Shown here: positions 38,501 to 50,300 of the stretch, piece by piece
How the letters are laid out: each line of letters starts with the position of its first letter
How positions within the stretch are numbered: position 1 is the stretch's first letter
Origin: Cycas panzhihuaensis
Taxonomy: Eukaryota; Plantae; Cycadophyta
NCBI GenBank assembly: GCA_023213395.1
Contig: CM041465.1
Span: forward strand, 44,647,741-44,711,740
DNA: 64,000 nucleotides
Direction of reading: 5' to 3'
Position numbers and translations under genes: made by a program
Notes under the pieces: model-generated
Database searches by the model: none
The model's input: only the letters and a program-made list of their open reading frames with translations
Told to the model about the DNA's origin: nothing

Positions 38501-40072
38501 GGCGATCCCTTCCTTTTATAAACTTGCTAGATTTTATGTTTTGGTAGTGTGGGTCGACTAACTTCTGCTTCATCTACAACATCTTTTAGGGCTATCCTAG
38601 TTACCGCAAAATGATCTATCCCCACTTTTGGATTTCTATAATTTGATTCTTCTTTGCTCTATCTTCCCTTCGACTTGTTTCTATTTTATAATTTTACTAA
38701 ATTGGTAGGTGGCCTTGGCACAATCATGGTTAGATTACTCGCTTTGACATTATTTGGGCAATTTTCAAAATCATTATTTCTAGGACTGCACTTCCTACGT
38801 ATATGTGTGTCATCATTACTTGCTTCCTTATAAGGGAAATTCGACCTCGAAAGTTCGAACTCCAAGTCGAAGATGCAATGTCCTATTGACTTTTTCTTTT
38901 TTAGTGGATCTAGTGCCACCTAGGTGGAGTACGCCAAATAGGTTTTGCCACCTCTACCTTAGCCTCTTCCTTGAGTGTTATTTCATTGAGCATTACTATA
39001 ATAATCTCGAGTGTTGTGTGTGAGGGCTTCACAGATAGTGCACCACTTCTCCTCCTCCTCCTTCCCTTTTTGTGTCTTTGCTTGCTTATTTCTAGCTTTT
39101 GACTCTTCTTTTGGTTGCATGGGATTTTTCTATGCTTGTGCTAAATCAATCTTTAATTTATTTGTAATGCTTCCATTTCTAGGTTTTCTTCTAACTTTTC
39201 GATTGTGTGACAAATATTTTCAACCCTAAACTCCTTGATTTCTTCTCATAGCATTCTCAAATGCCATCTTGATTAGTCCCTTCTTCACTGTGTATTTGTT
39301 TCTCAAATTTTAATGCCATCTTTTTTGCCTTTGTCCAGGTCTCAATTAGATATCATTACAACCCATCCTGTAACTTTGTATCAAACCCATCTATAAAATA
39401 TGCCTCCGTTAAGTAATCTAACACTTTTTATCTATTTGTGATGTTTTTGGCAAGAATCACCATCTTGCTTTCATAATGTAACACTAACTCCCTTGGCCTT
39501 TGGTAGATGTCTTTAAGGGCTTGTATAATAGCTTGGTTACTACAAAGTTTTCGGAATCTCTACTAAAGCTCTTTCATCACGTGCTCCTAAGTTAACTTTG
39601 TTAAATTATTTAATAGAGATCATCCGATATTAAGAATATTGAAACAAGCATCATGAACATAATGGAAATATCATTAACTTATAATCAGAATGTCTAAATC
39701 ATAATGACTCCACAACAATGACTTCACAATAATCTCCATCTTGAATCAATGTACTTTACCTCACTCACTCATTTATAGACCACAAGTGAGAATATGTAGG
39801 ATGAGGGGTGTGGTACATGTGGGACCATCAACCTCTAACACAACTAATGACATAACACCTATTAATTGACCAATAACCTATAGACCACCTACTTGTATAA
39901 ATGTGCATTATAATAATATTATAATATTTGACTCTCTAAAGTCTAACACCTCCCCTTAATACACATTTGGGGATTTCTTGAATTTACAATGTCTTGGTCT
40001 TAGAATTGTCTTGAAAATAATGTCTTCAATTTGTCCTTTAGCTTCATTCCTGTAATGATGTCCTTGAAGTGG

Positions 40073-41143
40073 TTATTGAGAGTAATGGTTCTTGAACTTG
40101 ACATTCTTCATCTTGGTGTGCAACACTGAATCCTTCATCATACAAAATGTATGGTAAATCATAGTTGGTCCAACTTGAGTTTGGTGTAGATCTTGTAAGT
40201 AATCCTGTAGGTAACCATTAAAAACATCTTGAAATTCAAAGTTCATATCAAGCATGTCTTTGATCATTGTTTCAATTACAACCTGTTTGTTTTCATTGAC
40301 GTATGAATAATTAGCATCAATTGAGCTAACATCAATATTTGAAGATAAGACATCAAAAGAAGAATCAACATCACTTGAAACATCTGAGAAATGAGTATTA
40401 ACATCCTGTATAAATTCTTCTTCTTGACTAGCATATCCAATAATAATTCCTTTAGCTTTTGGAGCAGAGTCTTTGTAAACTTGCAAACAAATTTTCTCAA
40501 TGTTTGAACAATTCGAATTTGAACCAATACTCAAACCATTGTTTGAACTTGAATCAATGGATAGAGATGAATCACCAGACTTATCTTCAATAGGACAATC
40601 ATATTTAACAACACATTCGATTGCAGTCTCTTCATATTCATTACTTGTTTCATCAATATTCATAATTTCTTTATCAAGATCTTGACATACCTTTTCACTA
40701 GTATCAACATTACTTTCATCATCCTTTTTACTTGCATTATTAATAATTTTGTTTGCTTTTTCAGCAATCTCTTGTACCTCTTTAGGAGTCTTTTAATACA
40801 CATCCTTCAAAAGGTTCCAAGTTTCTTTAGTAGTACCAACATTATGAATTACAGGGATGAGAAGTTGGTAGGAAGAAGGAGGCTCATCTTTATTTAATGC
40901 AGTAAGAATAACATCAATTATTGTTCTATTCTTCTTAAAATTTTCTTCTCCTTCTACATCAATTAAGGCATCTTATCCATCAATGATAATTTTTCATAAC
41001 CTTTTGTACACAAATATACCTTCCATTTTGATTGCCCAATATCGATAATTTGTTCCTATGTACTTAGGTAAGGGAAAAGGAAGGTCTATTAATTAGTACT
41101 CATTCTTTCCAGGTACAAAAATGATGATGTCACTCAACTCCAT
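40073..41143 (-). pseudogene. Truncated copia Gag N-terminus fused in frame to an acidic low-complexity tail (element P1)
   Basis: MELSDIIIFVPGKNEY*LIDLPFPLPKYIGTNYRYWAIKMEGIFVYKRLWKIIIDG, with the NY..W..KM....LW copia Gag motif. Same frame as ORF 40073-40663. Confidence 0.8.
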
Positions 41144-42168
41144 GATTGTAAGAATGAATCGATCAAGAGTGCATCACACAAGATTCATGCATCCACTTCA
41201 AATTGAAATAACTTGATGAAATTAGTAGCAAAATAAAGTCACATTTTAGACTGTAGTACTTTAAATGAGGATTTCAACAGTTCAAACAATTTGGAAATCG
41301 GATGCCTAGTTGAGGAGATATTGCGAAAATTGTAACATGACCTCCTTATGAAAATAACCAATTAAGGTCGTTAAGAGTTTAGTCGCTTTAACAAATTAGC
41401 AACAAGTCATATTGAGACTACATGGGACCAAAGGCCTTTACTGCTGGGGGGGCTAGCAGACTCCAAATTACATTCCAATATGATTGAATCCAAATTTGAC
41501 TTTACAAAAATAATTAAATCCTCCTTATTCAATTTGACGTCCACGGATTTGAAATAGATTTTAGTCTGCCTTAGTTTAATTCATATTTTTGAAAAAATAT
41601 AATCCCTAACCAAAATATGATCTCTGCATTTGCGGTGGCAGGCAATTTCATCTTCATCTATGTCTTGTGAGCGATGATGTATTATGACAATGGAGTGTGC
41701 TCAGGGTCTTTAGCTATTCATGGATCTCACAGACTTCAACAGATCTTCAGCTCATCACAGGTAGGGCACGAAGGAGCAGAGCGGATGATCTTCTCGGTGG
41801 AGGCAACATCACAACAACAAGATAAACTCAGGAGGTAGGATGGCTTAGAGCAGTCGTAAACACGAGTGCAAATGAGTGTAAAGAGGACGTCACACTGAGG
41901 AGCTTCCTGTGGATTATCGAGCGAATAGATTTCACACAATTAGGCCGTTCAACCAACATTGCATGTAGAACGATACCTAGGTCTTTGGAGGTGGAATGTC
42001 ATGGTCAACACACATAGAGCAGCTTTTAACACTTCAACGGAGAAGTGAACGACAGGGGTTTTTATGAACATGGAAGTCACTCAGTCTCATGGAGTAGGGA
42101 CGAAGTAGACAGGAAACTCTTCACACAATCGCATAGTCAATTACCGAGGAAGTTGGTAGCAAGGGCAG

Positions 42169-42411
42169 TCATAGGTAGTACCGTCGATCCACTACTCCAT
42201 TTGTCAACTGTTCTTTTTCATCCGAAGTCATGTTGCAGTCTTCAGTGATATTGTCTTTGGCTTTGCCCCACAAAACGAAATAGAGACCTGCGAAGCTTAG
42301 TAGCACTCCCAACACGCTTCCAAGATAAAGGGTTTCATGTAGAAATATGCAGGATAAAATTGCGGAGGACACAGTACACACTGGGTTGAATATTGCCACG
42401 AACATTGGTCC
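42169..42411 (-). pseudogene. Captured fragment of a WAT1-related / UMAMIT (nodulin MtN21, EamA) transporter, C-terminal helices
   Basis: GPMFVAIFNPVCTVSSAILSCIFLHETLYLGSVLGVLLSFAGLYFVLWGKAKD matches the family's GPVFV..F.P...E..YLGS..G......GLY.VLWGK signature. Confidence 0.9.
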
Positions 42412-45400
42412 CTACAAGTGACAATCCGCAACAGACGACTCCTTTGTACAGAATGGTTCCACTCCGATCCATGTTCCACGTGGGCACATATCTTCAAGTT
42501 CGTTTTTTTTACGGCAAGCAAGGTTCTAGGCGTATCAACCTTCTATGCAGGGTTTGTGGACAACTGCTTCTCTTTATCTTCGTTTATGTCTTCAACGGGG
42601 TGTTTCTCCTCTACAATCATTTCCATGGCTGGCAGCTTTAATCCATCTCACCTCAGCTTAGCCATAATCCTTTGGATGACAATCTCCTTTGTGCAGGATT
42701 TTCCTTTAGCTATGGCTACCTTCTTCTGTGGGCAGCCCTTCATACATGTAGGAGCCCCTTCAATAGACAACACTAATCAACCGTTTTTTCATGAATTGGA
42801 TTCCCTTTCCACATAGACATCACTTTCCTATGCAAGATTTGCAAATTTCCACGTAGGAACCTTCACTCGGCTTATGCAGAGTTTCCATGATAGCCATAGT
42901 CGTGTCCTTCCATGCACTCTTCTATCATGTATTTCATGCAACCCTTTTCCATGGACTATCCTTCTTGGCCGAAGACCTATGAGTGTCTTATATCTATCAC
43001 TGCTCAACTGCATTCATTCTAGCTAGGGTTTTACAAATGGTTGTGGCTAACTTCTCTATGCATGCAGGGTTTATTCATGGCATAATTTCTCCATAAAGAC
43101 AATTTTACATAGAAATTGGTAATTGACTTTAATTTCACCAATTAAATCCTCAATATTTTTCAACACAAACCCTAACAAGTATTTACATGTACAAAACCAT
43201 CACTTTCACCATACAAACATAATTCAATGACCAGCAAATTTAGATTCATTCATATGTCACCACTTTTCAGCTTCACAAATTCACACCAACACCAACCAAT
43301 TTCTTTACAGTGTAAACCTTACCATAAAGTAAGTGAATAGTATTACCTGGTAATAATTCTATCTTGTATCAATCATAGTCACTGGCTTGGCACAACTTGC
43401 AACAACAACAGCCTTAGGGTTTTACCTTCTACAAGCAGATGCTCGACCTAGCAATCAACTCTACGGAGCCACCTTCACACACATCAATAAATTGGTGAAC
43501 CTGCAAAACGTTGAGCTTGACAACAACCTGCTCTGTTACCATGTTAAATTAGTTAATAGAGATCATCCAATATTAAGAATATTGAAACAAGCATCATGAA
43601 CATAATGGAAATATCAGTAACTCATAATCAAAATGTCAACATCATAATGACTCCACAACAATGACTTCACAATAATTGCCATCTTGACTCAATGCACTTT
43701 ATCTCACTCACTTATTTATACACCACAAGTGAGAATATGTAGGATGAGGTGTGGTACATGTGGGACCATCAACCTCTAATACAACTAATGACATAAAACC
43801 TATTAATTGACTAATAACCTATAGACCACCTACTTGCACAAATGTGCATTACAATAATATTATAATATTTGACTCTCTAAAGTCTAACAAACTTGTTAGC
43901 ACTGAGATTTTTTTACCATACAAATGGTGCTCTTTGTAATGTGCACGAAAAATGGCATTTGATATCCTCCTCATTCTTAATACGTTGTATCGATATCATA
44001 TTGTTAAAGAGATACATGTATTCTTTTGTGTCTATTGCACCATTGAATATTAAATGGTTTAGGGTTCTATCATTTTGGTAGATAACTGGTGCCATGGGGC
44101 TTGCTATTTTGGGTGGCATACTTATACCTAAGGTGTTTAAAATTGGTGTATTAACTGTGGCTATTGTTGACATACTTGAGCCTAGTCTTCGCTATGGTTT
44201 TGTACAAGACTTAAACAAGGGATTTTTTCACGGCATTTTCAAGTACATCACCACATCTACTCATGGCATTTGAACAATTAACGATGTGGCTATTAGAAAT
44301 GTATTGTCTCGTAGCTCTAGAGGGGTGTCAAAGAACTTCCTTGTGAAGTAATTTTCTTGGTGTGCCTCAAGACCTTCCTCTACCTTCTTTTCGTTGTCCC
44401 TCGTGCTCTATGAACTTCTTGTTTTTTCCCACTTATGGTTTCTTCTTTCCATTGTTGGTTCCTTGTTGAGGATTGATAGATGGGCCTCTTTGCAAATTTT
44501 GAGTTGCTTCTAACATCAGTGGGTTAAGTTCACTATTAGCTGTTAGGGGTGTCCACAATTCGTTGTCTTCTAATGTTTTGGTATACTTAGTCTTGCTTGA
44601 TGATGATGTGCCTTCTATCTTTAATCTTCAAAGTTTACACTCCTTGGCCCATGTATTATCATTTCTCAACTTGATTTGGCTATTCCCTTGTTCAAAGTCT
44701 TCTTTGGTGGCATTGGAAGGATCCCTAACTATTGAGGGTTTAGTTAGAACCCATCAAAATGGTAGTAGCTAGGGTCCTTTCTATTTTGATTGGAATATTC
44801 TAATTCAAAAAAGAATGTTCTTTTTTAAATTGAAAATGAGAAACTATAAAATATAGTATAGAAGGGCTTTTTAAAGTTTGTTTTGATGAAAAAAGTGAAC
44901 AAGGAGAAAAATCACATAGCCAAGGAACTACATCTGTCACTTAAAAATTTGCTTATAACCCATCGAGTAATTTCTTTTCCTTTCCATTGGGTTCTTGTGT
45001 GAAATAGAATAATTGAATCCATGACTTTTGATGAAGAACTTTATTATTTTAGCCTCAACATTTGGGCAATGATATTTACCATTAATATTTAATATTTGAT
45101 GTTTGCATCGAGATTTATGCCGAAAAGCATTTGATCCTTGATGTTGCCATTAACCTAGGTCGCCACTATTCTTTTGCTTGCATGTTGATTTGGGCATTGG
45201 CATATTTCACTCCTATTTGCTTTTACCATAGACTGCCACCATGCTTGAATGAGGAAGGTCTCAGGTATCACATTCTAAGGAAGATGAGGCCATTATTGAC
45301 CCCTAGCATGTGATTATTCAAGAGTTAAGGGATCACTAGATTGCCATGATGCAAAATCAAACAATTATGATGTAAAATCATACTATTATAATGTAGAACA

Positions 45401-45889
45401 TGATGGACATATTCAGCAATATGATGGCCTAATAGCTTTAGGCTTCATGGTTCGTAGCATCCTCTCTGAACACATCATTCAAGATTGATAATAAGATCTC
45501 TATTGAGAAATTTGATGGCTTCATTAATGTGAAAGCTCTAGATAGTTGAATATGAAATCTAGAGGCCTCTTTTAAAACACAACAATTGACAAAACAAGAA
45601 CAAATTGTATTGGCAAAGATACATATGGGAAGCCAAACTCTCACTTGTAGGCAATTGTATAGGTTGATTATTGCAAAACAACTGCTTGTCACTGCATGGA
45701 GTCAAATTGCAATGGTAAGAAGAGAATGATTTTACCCTCTCGATTACAAGAATGAATTAATCCAAACATGGATCTAGCTACACATGCTACTAGGGTAAAC
45801 GATACAACAATATATCGATACTTTTCATAAGTTGTCAATCATGCTAGAGATCATTGATTTTGATCAATATATGCAAAGGAAAATCAAGC

Positions 45890-46050
45890 TTAAGAGTGCA
45901 AATTAGAGTGCAATCTAAAGTACGGCCAGGGAACAGGATTGCAACCTAGAGTACAACCGAGGACCAGGATTGCAACCTAGAGTACAACTAAGGACCAGGA
46001 TTGTAACCCAAAAGTATAACCAAGGACTAAGATTGCAACTAAAAGCATAA
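45890..46050 (+). repeat. ~30-bp tandem repeat in LTR of H
   Basis: About 4-5 degenerate copies of GGACCAGGATTGCAACCTAGAGTACAACCGA. Confidence 0.8.
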
Positions 46051-47379
46051 TTGAGACCCCAACCAACTAATGGATTGTAATTGTAATTAGTTTGTATGGA
46101 CTAACAAGATGGTTAGTTAAGTTTTGTTGTAATAGAACGTAGTTATTATCATTATATAAAATGTATTCTTGTTGAACGAGGATATCATCTAGGTTTAGGC
46201 TTTCTAATCTTCTTCTTCTTCTTTGTAACAACAAGCAACCAACTTCTCTTTTTGTAGCAGATTCTTCATTTTGTATTGCCTTTGGGTTTGCATCTGGTGA
46301 AGAGAGGACTAGATGTAGTTCTCTCTTTTATGTATAAAGGAGCAATTGGTTTGCATCCCAGTTGACATATATATTCTTAAGTGCTTTGTGTTCTGATATA
46401 TGCTTTCTTGAATAATGCACATAGTTAGATAGAGGAACACACATTGGTTTCGTTGCCTCACTTGAACTTGAGAGGAAGATGCTAGTAGAAGATGGACAAA
46501 AGTAATTAGAAAAGACAGTGTCTTTTCCATGCCACCAAGAAATGATTCTGAAAGAAAGAAAAATATGCACCAAGAGCGTAGCGATCACTGGGTGAGCGAG
46601 AGGATACAAGGAGGCACATGTAGACCGAAATTTTTTGTCACAACAAGAAGATAAGTGAAGAGCAGACCACCTGCGGAATCAGTAGTAGAAAAGAAATCAA
46701 TTCCAAAAGTTAAAGAGAAAGATAATAAGTTTACGGAGCTAGAAGTCTTAGAGCAAGAAACCCTAGTTCAAGAAGTGGGAACTTAGATGGGGATAGGAAC
46801 AGAAATCCTATAAAAGAATCAACGGTGTGCATTGGAGCAAGGCCCTGCAAATGAAGTTAGTCTATAATCAACATCTTCAAGCATAGAGATGTCACAAAAT
46901 TAAACCATATCAGGAAGCGAGAGTATTTCCACAATCATAGAGAATTATAGTACTTCTAGTGGAAGTGGGGTCATCCCATTGTTGAGGAGCAATCTCTTTT
47001 CACTTAGCACAAAAATCCTTTGTATGTCGAAATGGGGGAAAGATTCATTGGATCAACTTTGTTTGACCCATTCATCCCACAAGGAGATGGAAGCCCTTGT
47101 TAGGTAGGAAGCACACTCAGGAATTCTCTAATGGGAGGAAGTAGTAATCAACCACTAACAGGGAATGCCATGAATTCTGAAGGACACAGTCCATTGCAGT
47201 TAGGAGGAATGACAACATATCTATTGATGGGGGGAGGTGGTAGTTGACCACCAATAGGCAGTGCAGGGATCCCTGGAATTGCTGCAAGAGGAGGCAATGT
47301 ACCATCGCTAGGAGGTTTAACAACCAATCCAATTCCAACAAGTAGAGTACAACCCATAGCTTTCTATGTAATCATATAG

Positions 47380-50300
47380 AATGATGTTGCTTTTGCAAAC
47401 TTGCAATTTGATGGATTAGGAGACAGAGGGGACCATTTGGCATTGTTCTCGAACATGCTAAAAATAAAAATTATCCATGATGCTAATGAGATAAAGGTAA
47501 AGTTCTTTTCAATCATGCGAGGAGTTGCTATAATGTGGTATCAATATGTTTCCACATGAAATCCAACATGGGAGCAATTACAAGTTTATCTTTTGGACTG
47601 ATTCCAGAAGTTACGAGATCCCAAGGCAATCTTTTAGGCATTAGAAGAGATTCATCAACTTCTAGGGGAATCGATAAGTGATTTTGATGGATGCATGAGA
47701 ATCATTATGAATAAGATGGATTCAACAACTCCAATCAATCTTATGTTAGCTTTGAAATATTTTGTCCAAGGACCGATTCCCAGTTGAGGGAAAAGGTAAC
47801 ATTGCATCCAATGAATAGTTATGAGCAAGTGCGGGAGTCGGTGCTAAAATTTAAGAATTAGATGAAGACAACATACCTGCAACTAGTAATGTAGATGGGG
47901 TTGAATTTCCAGTTTGGACTTGCTTTTCAACAAGCACCACAAGGTGAAATCAATTTGTAGCAACCCACATCAAACTTCTAGCAAGGAGTAAATTTTCAAA
48001 TGGGGCCCAATCCTCAACAAGGATTGCAGTTGTCACAAATGGGATTTAATCCCTAACATACTTTACAAATGGGATTAAACTCAGAGTTAGAAGTGCTGAA
48101 AAGAGAAGTTGAAGCTTTGAAACAACCACCACCTATTTTAATACCAATGGGAATGCAACAAAACTAAGAGATTGAGCGTTTGCGCATAGAATTGGCACAC
48201 CTGCGCTTAGAGAAACCTCGGGAGAATGTATGGTGTTCCCCACCTTGCAATTAACAAGGCCAAATTCAAAACGAGCATCCAAAAGCACCAATGGGAGTAA
48301 TCATAGCACATGGGAGTGTTATTTTCGACTATCACTTAGAGGACATGGACATGGACCCAAGATTAGAGATTCCTTCTATAAAAAAAAGGATCAAAGTTGA
48401 TTAAAGCAATACAAAGGGAAGACAAAACACATTTAATGTCATTTATGCCAGTGATGGGGGCATTATTGATCGGAGTGTCCATTGGAGAAAAGAGGAGGAG
48501 AATATGTTTGTGAAAAATGTGGACCATTTGATCATGAATGGAGAAATTGTTCAAAAAATTGTAATGCTCAAGTACAAACTTCTAATTTAGTGACAAAAAA
48601 TCCAAATAAAAAAAAGTTTTCGTACTTGCAAACACGAAGTGAGAAAGTCTTAACAAATCTTGTAGCAGGGAATTTTCCAGAACCTATTGTTGAAAAAAAG
48701 AGATACTAGGAGGTGGTTAGAGCTTTGCAAGATGCAATGAACTAGGTACAACATGAAGAGATACAACAAGCTAACTGATTCAAAGGACAAGCATACAAAA
48801 TGAGTCCAACTTTTTAAGAAGTTCAACAACAAGGAGAGACCATGAAAGAAGGATTGAATCCTTGGCAAAGATTACAACTGGTAAGGAACTTGCTCATAGA
48901 ATTGGGAGTTACCATCCTAATTGCTATAGTTTTTAAGTGGTGGAAGGCTAGGTATTTTCATCAAATTGTTCTAGACCAGATTGAAAAACCAATGTTGAGT
49001 GATTTGAAGACAGATGTCGTGGATCCTCAAGTTCCAATGGCCATTCTTGGAACAACCATCTGCAAAACTATTGTAGATGGTGGATCGAGAGTAAATGTTC
49101 TGCCAAAGTCCTCATGGATATCATTGGGAAGGCTAGAAGTGGTTAGCCCAGACTATTCCATCAGGTTAGTGAATCAATTGCAGGTCAGACCAATGGGGAT
49201 GTTGATGAATGTGCTAGTCACTGTGGCAGGAATAATTGTTTTATTGGACTTCGCTATGGTTCAAATGCAAAATCACAAGATCTATCCAACATTACTTGGG
49301 AGAGTCTGGTTGCTAGCCACCAAAGCAATCCAGGATTGGGGGAGGTTCACATTTACTCTCTCAGTAAAAGGACAAGTAGTGACCTTGCCTGTGTTTTGAT
49401 GAATCCAATATTGAGAGGATTAAGGACAAAGATAAGGGCTCTTCACCCACGGTGGAAACTAGATCAATTGTAAATCCCTGTTAAGAAAAGGCATATTAAG
49501 TCCAAGCTACACCATGATCAATGCTTAGTGATCTATCTTCAACATATATGTTAAATTGGTTGCAGAATGCCTGGGAGGAAATCAAACCAATAAATAGCTA
49601 TCATTTGGAACTATGTCTAGATTCATCTTTAGAGGAGGATGAGATAGATTGTGCCATAAATCAAGAAGAACAATAGTTAGAAATCTACCTTGCAAAGTTA
49701 TTCAAAGACTGATCAAGTGGGAACAAGTTGAAAGCAAGGTTAGCAAACCCAAAAATAGTATAGCAATTACAAATCATTCAAGGTAATCACAAACTATTCA
49801 TTGAAGTTCTTGAAAAATTGTCACAATTTTGGGGGCAAAAGAATGTTGCAACAAACCATTTAAAACAATGTGTAAAATGTTTGAAGAATAATGAATGGCA
49901 AGAAAAATTTTGGGTGTACCTCTTTCCGTTGTCTTCGATTGGGTAGCCATTTGCTTTGTATAGTGCACATTATACTCAATTGGAAAATTGGACTTTGATG
50001 GAAAATAGACTTAAGATTAGATTCTAGCATGAAGATCATGAACTCCCAAAGTTTTGTAATGGTAATAACCTAGGGCAATGCATTTTGAATTGTAAAAATG
50101 TTTGGGAAGGGAAAAACATCCCACAACAGGAATGGACTCATCATTGGGCCATTGCCTTTGTGGATGTTAGTTATAGTTTCTATCACCATTGTGAGAGATT
50201 ATAGATAGTAGATTGGAATCAATTAACAAAAGAATTCAGTAATACTTTTTTTATCATAGTCCAAATTCTCGAGCACAAACAATTCTTTCTGCATTAAGAA

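Larger units (their letters stand above)
39599..43889 (-). mobile_element. Non-autonomous copia-type (TR-GAG-like) element P1 carrying captured host-gene sequence (4291 bp)
   Basis: LTRs 39599-39948 and 43542-43889 (~94% identical by eye). TSD AACTT. PBS reverse complement GCTCTGTTACCA at 43530-43541, PPT reverse complement CCTCCCCTTA from 39949. No PR/INT/RT seen. Confidence 0.93.
22140..44770 (-). mobile_element. Old Athila-like gypsy relic I (gag, protease, integrase tail, 3' ORF; no RT/RH/INT core seen), split by three insertions
   Basis: gag 43913-44173 continues below 39598. Protease VIIDKGFAVSVLP at ~38200. Integrase tail (AWHNHHIKALQFKKGDWV..YNNKF...GPY) at ~37170-37385. The 3' ORF relic runs from ~36265 down across the insertions to ~23100. 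Outer ends are approximate and no LTRs were identified. Confidence 0.6.

Noticed and set aside
42169-42521. Functional UMAMIT gene whose exons are separated by giant TE-filled introns
   Set aside because: Only the C-terminal part is present, it is enclosed by paired LTRs with a TSD, and no other exons were seen in the window.
45890-46050. CRISPR-like array (also 2923-3240 and 20700-21070)
   Set aside because: These are head-to-tail degenerate repeats without unique spacers, inside plant retrotransposons, with no cas genes.
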